64,000 nt of DNA from Phoronis australis. Its lineage: Eukaryota; Animalia; Phoronida. Below, piece after piece: positions 1-10,432 of this stretch; positions within the stretch are counted from its first letter, which is position 1; each line of letters opens with the position of its first letter. Under the pieces are notes generated by a model. That model was not told where the DNA came from and ran no database searches. It worked only from the letters and a program-made list of their open reading frames with translations. The stretch spans positions 499,273 through 563,272 of the forward strand of contig NMRA01000051.1 in NCBI GenBank assembly GCA_002633005.1. Reading direction: 5' to 3'. The translations under genes were made by a program, and so were the position numbers.

Positions 1-475
1 TACCCATACAAAACTTGTACGAATCTTGTCTGCAAAGAACAAGAAACACTAAATTAACAAAATGGCTGACACGGGCGTGGTCAACACAAGACACACAGAA
101 AAAGCAGACCATGGAAACATATTATACACAAAATTACAGCAAATTAATTACAATACTATCTACACAAATATACAAACTAAGGGAAATGAAAATGTACTAA
201 CTGCGTCCAAAACAAAGTAAATGATACAGATAACGGAAGAAAATACTCACTAGTACACGACAACAGTAAGCGACTTGACGCTTCAAACGATGCGGGCAGA
301 GTGCAATGGCAAGCCAGTGAAACAATAGCCTAGAAAGTGCCTAGCGGCGAGGCAGAAAACTAAAGCTAAGCAAAGCAAAAGACCTCACATTTATAATACA
401 TAATGAACACGATTAACCTGCAAATCATCCGTAACAGTGGTGTATGCCAACGCAAGGTCTGTCACGGTTACTACA
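1..475 (-). mobile_element. Possible LTR (solo or truncated by the window edge) in NOP56 intron 1
   Basis: The minus strand begins TGTAGT at 475, then has TATTATAAAT (~389-398) and T-rich sequence. Its strand composition is opposite to the neighbouring intron. The other end is not visible. Confidence 0.3.
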
Positions 476-584
476 CGAATAAAGTCCTTACCCACGATTA
501 CAAGTGCAAAAGTCTTTTGAAATGCCAACATAAAACTTAGCTGTGCTTGTGCTCCTGTTATTTCTCTTTTTATTCACTCTCCAG

Positions 585-795
585 AAGGCGCAGATGTTGC
601 ATGTGCTCTTTGAGCATGCCTCTGGCTACGCACTGTTCCGCGTCAAGGAGTTTGAAGAAGTGGGCATGCTGCTGCCCCAGGTAGAGCAGTGTGTGACCGA
701 CGTGAGTAAGTTCAACGGCATCGTCAAGTTGGTTGCCTTCGCTCCGTTCAAAAGTGGAACAAATGCCCTGGATAACATTAACAGTATCTCTGAAG
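585..795 (+). CDS. NOP56: NOP56 exon (N-terminal domain)
   Basis: Polypyrimidine tract + CAG at 582-584; [15 protein letters not shown]...NSISE; donor GTAAG at 796. Confidence 0.92.
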
Positions 796-3700
796 GTAAG
801 TGTTCCTTGTGGCTTGTAAATGGTGTGTAAAATTTGCCCAGGTTGTAGTTCGAAGATTTCCAGGTCTTACTCTGTTTGATCTCTTGTAACTTGTTGTAGG
901 ATGTTTACCTTACTTTTCTTTCAAAATGCAAAGTACTTATCAAGCTTTTTTTGTTTGAATATGTATTTTAACTGAGACATTGAATTTGCTGCAGTAAATT
1001 TGTTCTAGCTTGACATTGTTACCCTATGAAACAATCGTATCAATTGAGCATGCTTGTGAATTGAAATGTAATGTAAAGTTGAGATTCATAAAGTTTTAGA
1101 CTCATGCGGCACTTCTTAATGTCAGTAATATTTAAAAACATTTTTGGTCTGCGACTTACCAGCAACTCCCATTTTACATAACCGAGGCATCCTATGCCTA
1201 TATTTGTGAACACCCATCGTATCCGAATGTTAGCTCCCAAAAAGTGCAGAAGTTGCTTATCGTTGATTAGCAATTAGACAATTTCAGTGGAACCTTGCGT
1301 TACTTAGGCCGGAAAATACCCATAGCTCTCCTGCTCTTTGCTAAATGGTGCTTTTGACTCGTGCGGTATTTTGCGGGAATTTTTTGACTTGGACTGGAAT
1401 TTTGTACCTCCGTCGGTCAAAGTATTTGAGCCCTTGCACGTTGGGCATTTCTTTTCCCTAAAACAAATAACGGCTGAAATAGAGTCGCCTTGGTCACCCA
1501 TGACCTTTGAAATTGAAGTACACTGACCCAAAATTCAAAGAATTTTGCCATAACGATGAGGCCAGTTGGCAAAGGGAAGGTTTCATTAGCTCTCTATAAC
1601 CGACACATGTATTCGTGTTGCTAAGTGCGTAATCAGAAATAGGAGAAAATACACACTGAAAAAAATAAATATCAAAATTCTAGGACTGACCTGCTGTACA
1701 AGTGTCATCAAAGTTGTTGATGACGCAAACTCGCTCCATTTGTTCGCACTGTTCAAATTTTTAACTACGATTGAAAAACTTCCTGTCAAAAAAACTTAGG
1801 TGAGGCATAGAGTGAACGATGGAGTGCAAATATCGCAAGAAAAATCTTGTCTAATATTGGTTACGTATTCAATAACTATTTTTGCATGAAACAATAAACG
1901 TTGAAATACTTCAACTTAGTGCAGGATTTCGTTATTGGATGAATCGAGTTTTGCGTCTTTAGCAGTTTGGTACATGAAAAAAATAGGTCAACCACAAACT
2001 TATTATCCCGACGTCTACTTGCTTGTCACTGAACGACATGCAATATATGGAAAAAAATAGGTCAACCACAAATATGTTGCGTGTAGAGCTTTGGCTTCGG
2101 CTGTTGAACAAGGCTGGGATTTGGCTATTAAAACTGCAAGAAAAGAGCAGTTATTTTGAAGAATATTTTTTGCATAGTATTGAGAGGTTGTGGTGGATGT
2201 TTGACCTGGTAAGTGTAAATTTCAACAACACGGCCATTTTTAATGCACTGCAGAAACTCCAACAACACGATGTCCCCGGCGACCACTGCCACTGGTGACG
2301 ACAATAACCTACTGTGAACTCGAAATTGCGAGTGAATCAATAGAGAAAAAAAGAGTGGAAAAAATAGAACTACACTTTAATACTTCATGTCATTGCTTCA
2401 ATTTTCGTCCAAGAAAGTCAACTTAGGTTTAAATAACAGGCGATTAACTTCGGGGACTGGAATTTGATTAAGAAGTTGGTCCTCTGGACCGGTATTTCAA
2501 AAACCCAGTTGAACCACTGACTAAACTACAGTGCACAATCAGCCCATTCTAGGTGGTAAGCCCATTACTTTTTTTTACAATTTGCCGATGATTTATTTGT
2601 GTCTTGTGCCTGTAGTCGGACATTGATGTATCTCGTAGAGCATTAACTTGTTCAAACGTTGAGGTAAGCCTCCAGCTCTGACTTCTCAATATTTTTTAAG
2701 CGCCCATATTGACATAACGTCCTCACCCTGATTTTTTAGTACACCTATTTAGGTGTCCTTGGCAGTAACTCGGACATGTATGGTGTTTAGAATGATGTCT
2801 AAAATTTGCAATTGTCTGAAATGATTTCTTGTGTTGTACCTCGAAGGTGGCATCTAGTTTTGTATTTCCTCTCCAGGTGTCCTGCACGAGGACCTCCAGT
2901 TATTCCTTGAGACCAACCTTCCCAAGCCTGGCAAAAAGGAGTCCAGCATCCTCGGCGTTTGTGACGCCAAGATTGGCTCGGCCATTCAGGAGACCGTTGG
3001 GGTAACCGTTCAGCACACTGGAGTCGTCCCGGAAATAGTTCGAGGTGTGTTCATTTCCCTAAACCTAACCACATTGTGTTGGTTGTTCTTGCAAGACTTA
3101 TTTCTAGTGCTCATGGTGGAAAGTCTTTCTGCAAAATGACAAAAACAGTTTCCGTGCTTGGAAAACCCCATGAACATAAAAAAAGTAAAAACTCCGCAAA
3201 AATTCAGAAGACCGGTATAAACCCTTGTGTTACGCGACGTAACATGAGCTTATGCGGGGAAAAATACCGTATGGAAAATTATTGTACTACCTAAAACTTG
3301 GGGAAAGTGAAAGGTCTACTCGAGTGGGAACAATGATATTGTTGCTCCACTTAAGGTGACTATTGCTTTGCCCGAGAGAAACGAAATGTGCTGTTGATAC
3401 TGCTACGCACAAGCTGTCAAAAAGGAACTTTTGATTTAGTTTATTTACCATTATGGTACCATTGTGGTATTGGTCTCGAGTTGTTTTTTTTTTTACTCAG
3501 ATTCGATGTGATTTAAGACAGTTTGTTTTTGCTTGAGATTATGCTCATTGCTTTTACTTGACTAAGTGGGTCTTTGGATGCACCTAGCATTTCTTGACCA
3601 ACAATTTCTCCCAATGTGAGTGAGGAACAAATTGAGAACATGGGCCGGGATCTAATTTTTTCTTGAAATCAAACTGTAAATTATTTTTGCGTCTTCTATT

Positions 3701-6700
3701 TTACTTCTATGCGAACTTAAGATAAGTATCTATCATTCTGTGCTCTAGTTCCATTTCGAGTACAAAGATTAAACCCTGGCCCCAGCTATATATTGGTAAG
3801 TATTCCAAATAAAAAGTTAGTTGGCAAATTCTTAGCAGCTCCTACCATTATACACAATTGCCTTACGATGACCCTGGCTGTCCTAGCCCTGAGCCTCTGG
3901 TCCATTACAGGTATCCGGTGTCATTTCCACCACCTGGTCAAGGGTCTGACGGACCAGTCAGCAGGCAAGGCCCAACTGGGTCTCGGCCACAGCTACTCCA
4001 GGGCCAAGGTGAAGTTTAATGTGAACCGCGTGGATAATATGATCATCCAGAGCATCAGTTTATTGGACCAGCTGGATAAGGACATTAACACATTCGCCAT
4101 GAGAATCAGGTAGACTTTTAACTACATGCACTGCACCTTTCTTATGTGTGTTTTTCGTTTAGATTTATGGCTTTCCGATATGTGAAGCTATTCCTTATCT
4201 GGATTTGCCTTTGAGTAAAGAGAAATAACATGTTTAGTAGCATATTAGTGAATATTCGGTTGTCTGTTAATGTTGTCAGTGAGTGGACATTGAATGCAAT
4301 TTCAAAGAACGATTAAATTCTGAAAGCACCAGTAGACCTGTGCTCCATGGGAGAGACTAGCTTTTAGTTTAGATCAGTTTTTGCTGCAAGATTGGTTTCA
4401 ACTTGATCCTCGAGATGTGAACTGAGAGTTCCATATTGTTTGAGACAGTGCGCAGTGAATAAGATGACCAGCCAACTTGTGCAACCTTGTCTCAACCAGT
4501 CGTGAAGTGCCAGTTCTCTCCAAGCCCTGAAGCCACGCCCACTTTGATTATGGCCAATTAAAGACGAGTTTCATTTCAGTGGTTTTAATCAAAATTTGAT
4601 TTTTGGCAGAAGGCAGGTTTATAGCCACTTCATATTAACAATGCACTTGCCTTTTGTCTAAAATACGGTTATGACTGAGGTAGCACACTTGATCTATGAA
4701 CATTTGTGGTGACTTATTCCTCACTAAGAAGAACTTTGGTTTGTTCATGTTGAATGAGATCAGACACTACAAATGGCTTAATGGCCAGTTTCTCTTGTTC
4801 TATGATCTTGAAGCTCTCCCTGAGAGCTATCATGCCTTTGTTAAATTTGCTATTAAACCACCAACGGTCATTAGTTTTCACAATATGGCAACACAGATTT
4901 CATTTCAATATCTTTTCTTCCTCCCCCTAGAGAGTGGTACTCATACCACTTCCCAGAGTTGATCAAGATCGTCAGTGAGAACTACATGTACGCACGTCTA
5001 GCCAAGTTTATTGGCAACAGGAAGGACTTTGATGAGGAGAAGCTTGACGGAATTGAGGAGATTACCATGGACAGCGGAAAGGCCAAGGCCATTCTAGACG
5101 CATCCAGGAGCTCCATGGGTAAGTGGCGCTTTGAGTGAATGGTGTCTGCTGTTTGGTTATTTTATCACCATTAATGGATACTAGCAGTGGATTTTCATTC
5201 TGTTTTGCCTTGTCCACATTACGACTTACATGACAACAATGAATTTAGCCTCCCTCATTCAGTTCAGCGTCCACTCTACACCCCCTACACCTCACGACAT
5301 TTGCATGCATTATACACACCTATTTATGTAACTGAGCACATGGAAGCTAATAATTTTCAACTTGTCTGCAAGTTTGCATCCCCCCTGGGGATTGTTTTAA
5401 GGCAAGTTACCGCAGAATAAATTGCACAATCTCAATGAGGTGGGGTAATTCGTCCCATGCTTGTCAAATTGCCCCTGCGCAAGTTGCATCCACAACACTA
5501 AATCTACCAACCACACATTCCAAGTGTATGGAAACTCGTAGTGTGGTCAGCACTTTTGTCGCTGCCATGCATTGTCTTGAAGGGCTACTTTTTCTCCATG
5601 GACACTGCTTGTTTGGTTGTTTAGTTACTCAAAAATGAAATGGTGGGTTTGTTTTCAGGATCTTGTGGTTTGAAAAATCACGGAATAAATATTTCGTGAC
5701 CTGTATTGTGAAATCACTTTAATTTATAATTGAGTTGGACGATTTGTTGACGCATTCCACTGTGTGTCCCTCTGCTTTACATACTAAATTCACTTGACTG
5801 GATAAAAGGAGTAGGAGATCAATAGTAATTGTTAAATTATGAATTCTGCAGGTATGGACATCTCACCCATTGACTTGATTAACATTGAACGATTCGCTAC
5901 CCGTGTGATCGGCTTGGCAGAGTATCGCAAGAGTCTTCACACATATCTACAGTCCAAGATGCACACGGTTGCTCCCAACCTCTCCGCCCTTATTGGGGAA
6001 CAGGTACACGTGGATTAATTTTTTGTGGCGCAATTTTTACTCGCCTCGCGTTAGACTTTCATGACCACTTGCAACACACAATTCTTGTTCCATAAAGAAC
6101 AGTTATTAAAACAAAAATCTTAGTGGTGTTTTGTGCTGACTTCTCAGTTGGTTTGATACAACTACATCAACTTGTTCTGTAGTTTGAGTTTATTGACTGC
6201 ACTTTTTGTAGATGGAAAAACACTAAGCGAACATACTTTTGAGTAATCGAACATCTGGAAATCTCGTGGGTGGACTCAGGATACACTGACTTGGAGTATT
6301 CAGTATGAGTTTGCCAATAGGAAACGTTATAGATCCAACTCTTTAGCATTGTGATAGTGTTTTTTGCTTGACCCAATTTCTAATTCTGGGGTGTTAGACC
6401 ATCCAAATTGACAAGGACGAAGGACAATTACATTCATTGTTGTGTGAATCATTGGAATATGCCAAAGCACAACAGGGCCAATTTGATGACATGAAGGTGG
6501 CAAAAAATTTCTGCATTAAGTACCCTAACAAGAATGCAAAATTATTTCCACTAACTACGATATCGCCATCCAGCGACAACGCATATTTCATTGTCTCAAC
6601 GATAAAGTGGAAAACAGTGGTTGTATTTGTCGTGACCCCATCCTTTGACACGTCATAGCTACACGCTGAAGATTGCTCCAAGCCATCTTCTTTGTGTTGC

Positions 6701-9700
6701 ATATCAACTCATTGTTCCACCAACAATGCTGGAATGCTAGCCTTGTTGTTTGGGTGTTTACATCGCTATTACAATGTCACCACTGTTGTTGTTATTTTCA
6801 GGTGGGTGCTCGTCTCATTTCGCATGCAGGAAGTCTGACCAGTCTAGCCAAGTACCCGGCCTCTACTGTACAGATCCTTGGTGCAGAGAAGGCTCTCTTC
6901 AGGTAAACTGCCTGCTTACGATGACAGTCACTCACAGGGGTCCCGCAATTGGAGAACTAGTTTTGTCCACTGAATTTGCATCTAACTGGTTCTCAAAATC
7001 CGAGACCCATGTTAGTGACTATTTGCTTACTGTAGGTGTAAAGTTCACAGCTGGGGGTATATGGAGTAGTGCAGCAGTTTTCTAATTTACATTTGATTGT
7101 TATGGTGATAAAATGAGCAATAGTTTCTATCAAAATGTGTGGTTCACTCTGATGAGGCGCTAGTTCTTTCCAGTTTCATTACAACTGCTATCCATCTGTG
7201 GTTACTGTCGGTTTTTCGATTATGTCTGCTGGTGGTTAGTGACATCATAATGCACAGACCTGGAGCTTTCATCTTGGTGTCTTGAAAACAATGTAAATGG
7301 TGCAAGTTATTTAACATGGTCATGCGCATGTCCTACTTTCAAATCACAATTTTCCACAAAGATGGCTGGAAATGGTAAATTTTCTTCTAGTAGGTCTGTC
7401 CTAATATAACACCCCTCTCATTCTATATTTCATTGCAATGCAAATTAACTTAGATCACTACATTTTGTGTTGCAGCGCCAAATCCAAGACATTATCAGAA
7501 AGGCAAATATCATTGTTGGATGTGCCTTGCATTGTTCCCGACTTTTTGAAATGTTGGTCAGTCAGGCAGTGTATTTTTCTACCTCTGGGAAAAGGGAGTG
7601 TTGTATCTAGGATGGTCCTATTGATCATGGACGCTTGTCTTATTACAGGGCCCTAAAGACGCGTGGTAACACCCCTAAATATGGTCTCATCTTCCACTCG
7701 ACTTTCATTGGACGGGCTGCTCAGAAGAACAAGGGTCGCATATCTCGCTACCTGGCCAACAAATGCTCCATTGCCTCTCGTATTGACTGCTTCTCTGGTA
7801 AGCTGTTGGTTTATACACTGCTCATTTGATATGAACTGCAGTAAAACTTGCTCGAGTTCTTTACAACCGGACTGATAGATTTTTTTCAAGTAAGGCAGAC
7901 TTATTTGTTGGGCAGAGTGCATGAACGGCTGTTCTGCAGAAGTTTGAGCGAGTTAAGCAAAGGACTAAATTAGTACGCCTGACTAATGCCAGTTTTACTG
8001 CAGTTATCGAGCTTGGTAATATGAAACTATTGTTTTGTACATGCCCAACATCGACTTCACCTTCATTCGGCCTCTGATAAATTGACGAACGTGAAACACT
8101 TTGAATTTTCGTCCACATCACGTGCTAACTGGGACATGTCGAGTGTTTGTCTTACAGAACAGAAGCTCACTCGTCATCCAACAACTCGGTTTATTTTAGT
8201 AGCGTGCTGCGTCATCTTAAAGTTGCATGTAAAATTACATTTCAGGAATTCTGACATTGCCCAAAGTGCGTTACAGTGCAACCCAGGAAATTCATGTCAG
8301 TTGCCTAGTTGGAAATGTGTTGGGCACTTTTTTATGCGGAGTCTGTGCTTTGGTGTGTGGTATTATATAGTACTCTAATGGGTTTCCGTTTATTTCCCAC
8401 TACAGAGATGCCCAACCAAGTGGTGGGAGAACATCTGAAACAACAGGTAGAAGATCGACTCAAGTTTTACGAGACAGGAGACGCTCCGAAGAAGAACTTA
8501 GACGTAATGAAGGAGGCCCTTCAAGAGGTAGGGTTATGGGTCGTGAGGTCATGTCCACTTTCTGAATGTACACCTGGGACTCACAAGTTGTGTCGACATA
8601 TGAACATATGTTCCAAAGATAGCATAATTCGTTTTGGCCCGTGTTTTTTAAATTCATGCGGTATCTTTGTAGTTGTTCATATTTTCAAAAATAAAAGTCA
8701 GTCAATGCCTGCTGAAGTTGTTTGAAGTCCTTTCTTTCCTTCAAACTCACATGTAGTCGTGTTGTTTAGTTATTCCAGAACCAGTTTAACGTGATACCAT
8801 CACACACTTTACTCAAGAGTTGATTTAACAAGTGGCTCATTTCGAGTAAAGTTTGGAATCTTACATATTGTAATTGGTCATTTTGTGAGTTGAGTCTTGA
8901 GTGAAATGAGGTGTCCTTGGACCCAAGTGTTAGGTGTTAGTTGACTGGAACAAATATATGTTATTTCTTGCAGTCGACTGAAGTGACTAAGCAGATGATG
9001 AAGAAAGAGAAAAAGAAGAAAAAGAAAGACAAGAAGAAGAGTGTGGATGCGAATGTTTCTATGGCAACAACGGACGGTGATGTGTCCGTGGAGCAGACGG
9101 ATGAGCCAGTGAAAAAGAAGAAAAAGAAGGATAAAAAGAAGAAGGGTGAGGCTGCGGAGGAGGACGCAAATGTTTCCATGGCGACCACAGATGGGGATGT
9201 AACCTTGGAAGATGGAGAGGAAGGGAAGAAGAAAAAGAAGAAGAAGGTATTACCTGTGGGAAACTAATCACCAGTTCACAGTTTTCATTCTTAAGGTGTA
9301 TTTTAGGACACAGTGCGAATCTGACATAAATGAGCATGTTGACCAAAGGAAGTGTTAACTTCGTAATCTCTCTTCATATGAGTAATTGTTTCTCCTGTGG
9401 CCTTGGTTCTTAGTAAGTTTTCAATACTGCTGCCTGTCTTCAGGTTTTTTTTTGGAAATACTGTAAAACTCGAACAAGTCTAATCCAGCCACAAGAGGTG
9501 ATATTATGGAGAAATCTGACTAATGAAATGAACTGGGGGTTAAACGAAGATCCTAAGGCATGGCAGACTTGCGCAAGTTTTACTGCTTGTAAAAGTGTTA
9601 AGGTTAAGGATGGTGCTATAGTATTTTGTTTCATCTTCCGCTGGTGACTATTTAAGTGCAGTGGAGATTATTAATTGTGGCCAAGGTGTGTGCGACAGTT

Positions 9701-10230
9701 GTTTCAATTGTCAGTTCAGGGGGATTTCATCTTTGGCGCTGCTGACGTTTGCTCATTACCATCCAATGACGTCACAAATAACTGCTTTAATGCGTTTCCA
9801 AACTTAGCAGGAAAATAGGCAAAATCGCCACCAACTTGGTGCATAACCTCTCATAAAGTTTATAGCCCACATGAGGTCATATGAACGCCGGGCGAATTCC
9901 CACTGTCCAGTTATAGGTAAGCACTAGAGAAGTGGGACAAAAATCCATTTGCTTCTCGTCTCTCAAAAGGTCTATTGAAGAAATTTGCAAATGCATTTTC
10001 ACACTGACATTTTGTAAATTGCAGCACTCACAAAACTGTATAGATTGTATTGTGAACTTGATTGCTTGATCTTTTTGTTGAAGGAAAAGAAAGAGCCTGA
10101 AGAGGTCACTGCTGTAAATGGTGACTCAGAGAAGAAGAAGAAGAAGAGAAAGAGCGAACAGATGGACACAAGCGAAGTAGTGACACCTGTTGTGAAGAAG
10201 AAGAAAAAGAAGAGCAAATCAGACGAATGA
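585..10230 (+). CDS. NOP56: Nucleolar protein 56 (box C/D snoRNP core), spliced; ATG exon probably upstream of the window
   Basis: Exons 585-795, 2877-3044, 3911-4109, 4931-5118, 5852-6003, 6802-6902, 7649-7797, 8406-8527, 8974-9246, 10084-10230. All introns are GT-AG with consistent phases (1710 nt). Hallmark peptides: [75 protein letters not shown], and a KKE/D tail. Confidence 0.97.
2877..3044 (+). CDS. NOP56: NOP56 exon
   Basis: [16 protein letters not shown]...GVVPEIVRG; ctccag acceptor, gtgtgt donor. Confidence 0.93.
3150..3271. mobile_element. pogo/Tc1-type MITE remnant in a NOP56 intron
   Basis: The end GAGCTTATGCGGGGAAAAATACCGTA resembles the right TIR region of the MITE at 55385-55840. 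Internal hairpin TTGTGTTACG/CGTAACATGA. Confidence 0.35.
3911..4109 (+). CDS. NOP56: NOP56 exon
   Basis: [12 protein letters not shown]...[10 protein letters not shown]. Confidence 0.96.
4931..5118 (+). CDS. NOP56: NOP56 exon
   Basis: [14 protein letters not shown]...[11 protein letters not shown]. Confidence 0.96.
5266..5550. mobile_element. Degenerate MITE
   Basis: Ends GCGTCCACTCTAC / GTAGTGTGGTCAGC are imperfect inverted repeats. A similar end GTAGTGTGGACG occurs at ~47428. Confidence 0.35.
5852..6003 (+). CDS. NOP56: NOP56 exon
   Basis: [15 protein letters not shown]...[12 protein letters not shown]. Confidence 0.96.
6802..6902 (+). CDS. NOP56: NOP56 exon (Nop domain)
   Basis: [34 protein letters not shown]. 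Confidence 0.97.
7649..7797 (+). CDS. NOP56: NOP56 exon (Nop domain)
   Basis: [23 protein letters not shown]...IASRIDCFS. Confidence 0.97.
8406..8527 (+). CDS. NOP56: NOP56 exon
   Basis: [41 protein letters not shown]. Confidence 0.96.
8974..9246 (+). CDS. NOP56: NOP56 exon (lysine-rich tail)
   Basis: [18 protein letters not shown]...; ttgcag acceptor, gtatta donor, phase 0-0. Confidence 0.9.
10084..10230 (+). CDS. NOP56: NOP56 last coding exon
   Basis: [23 protein letters not shown]...KSKSDE*. Confidence 0.88.
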   Translation, partial: EKKEPEEVTAVNGDSEKKKKKRKSEQMDTSEVVTPVVKKKKKKSKSDE

Positions 10231-10426
10231 ACTGAACTTTAAACTTGTCACTAAACGGACTATGTTGTTAGCGCAAGGCAGTGTAAAAAGATTTAACCTG
10301 AAATTTTGCAAGTTGTATGCTCACGAATATATGTGTGGGTGTCTTTCACAGTCAAGGTGTTATGGATTTTTTTTTTCATCCAATGATAATATTTCGCTTG
10401 TTGCCACAGGTCATGAGGAAAAAGTC

Positions 10427-10432
10427 AATAAA
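10427..10432 (+). promoter_or_regulatory. Candidate NOP56 polyadenylation signal
   Basis: First AATAAA after the stop codon, about 200 nt downstream. Confidence 0.45.

Noticed and set aside
2581-2667. C/D snoRNA in a NOP56 intron
   Set aside because: Boxes are degenerate (CCGATGA, TTGA) and I recognised no rRNA antisense element. I found no clear SNORD56/57/110 homologue in any NOP56 intron.
6522-6790. Intronic telomerase RNA (ACCCTAAC) or H/ACA RNA
   Set aside because: An 8-nt template match is expected by chance; no U-rich pseudoknot; pocket geometry is inconsistent.
8153-8172. RNase P/MRP CR-V-like motif ACAGAACAGAAGCTCA
   Set aside because: No matching CR-I strand to form P4 within the intron.
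8961-9346. Phe/Ser-rich minus-strand ORFs
   Set aside because: Shadow frames of the lysine-rich NOP56 exon.
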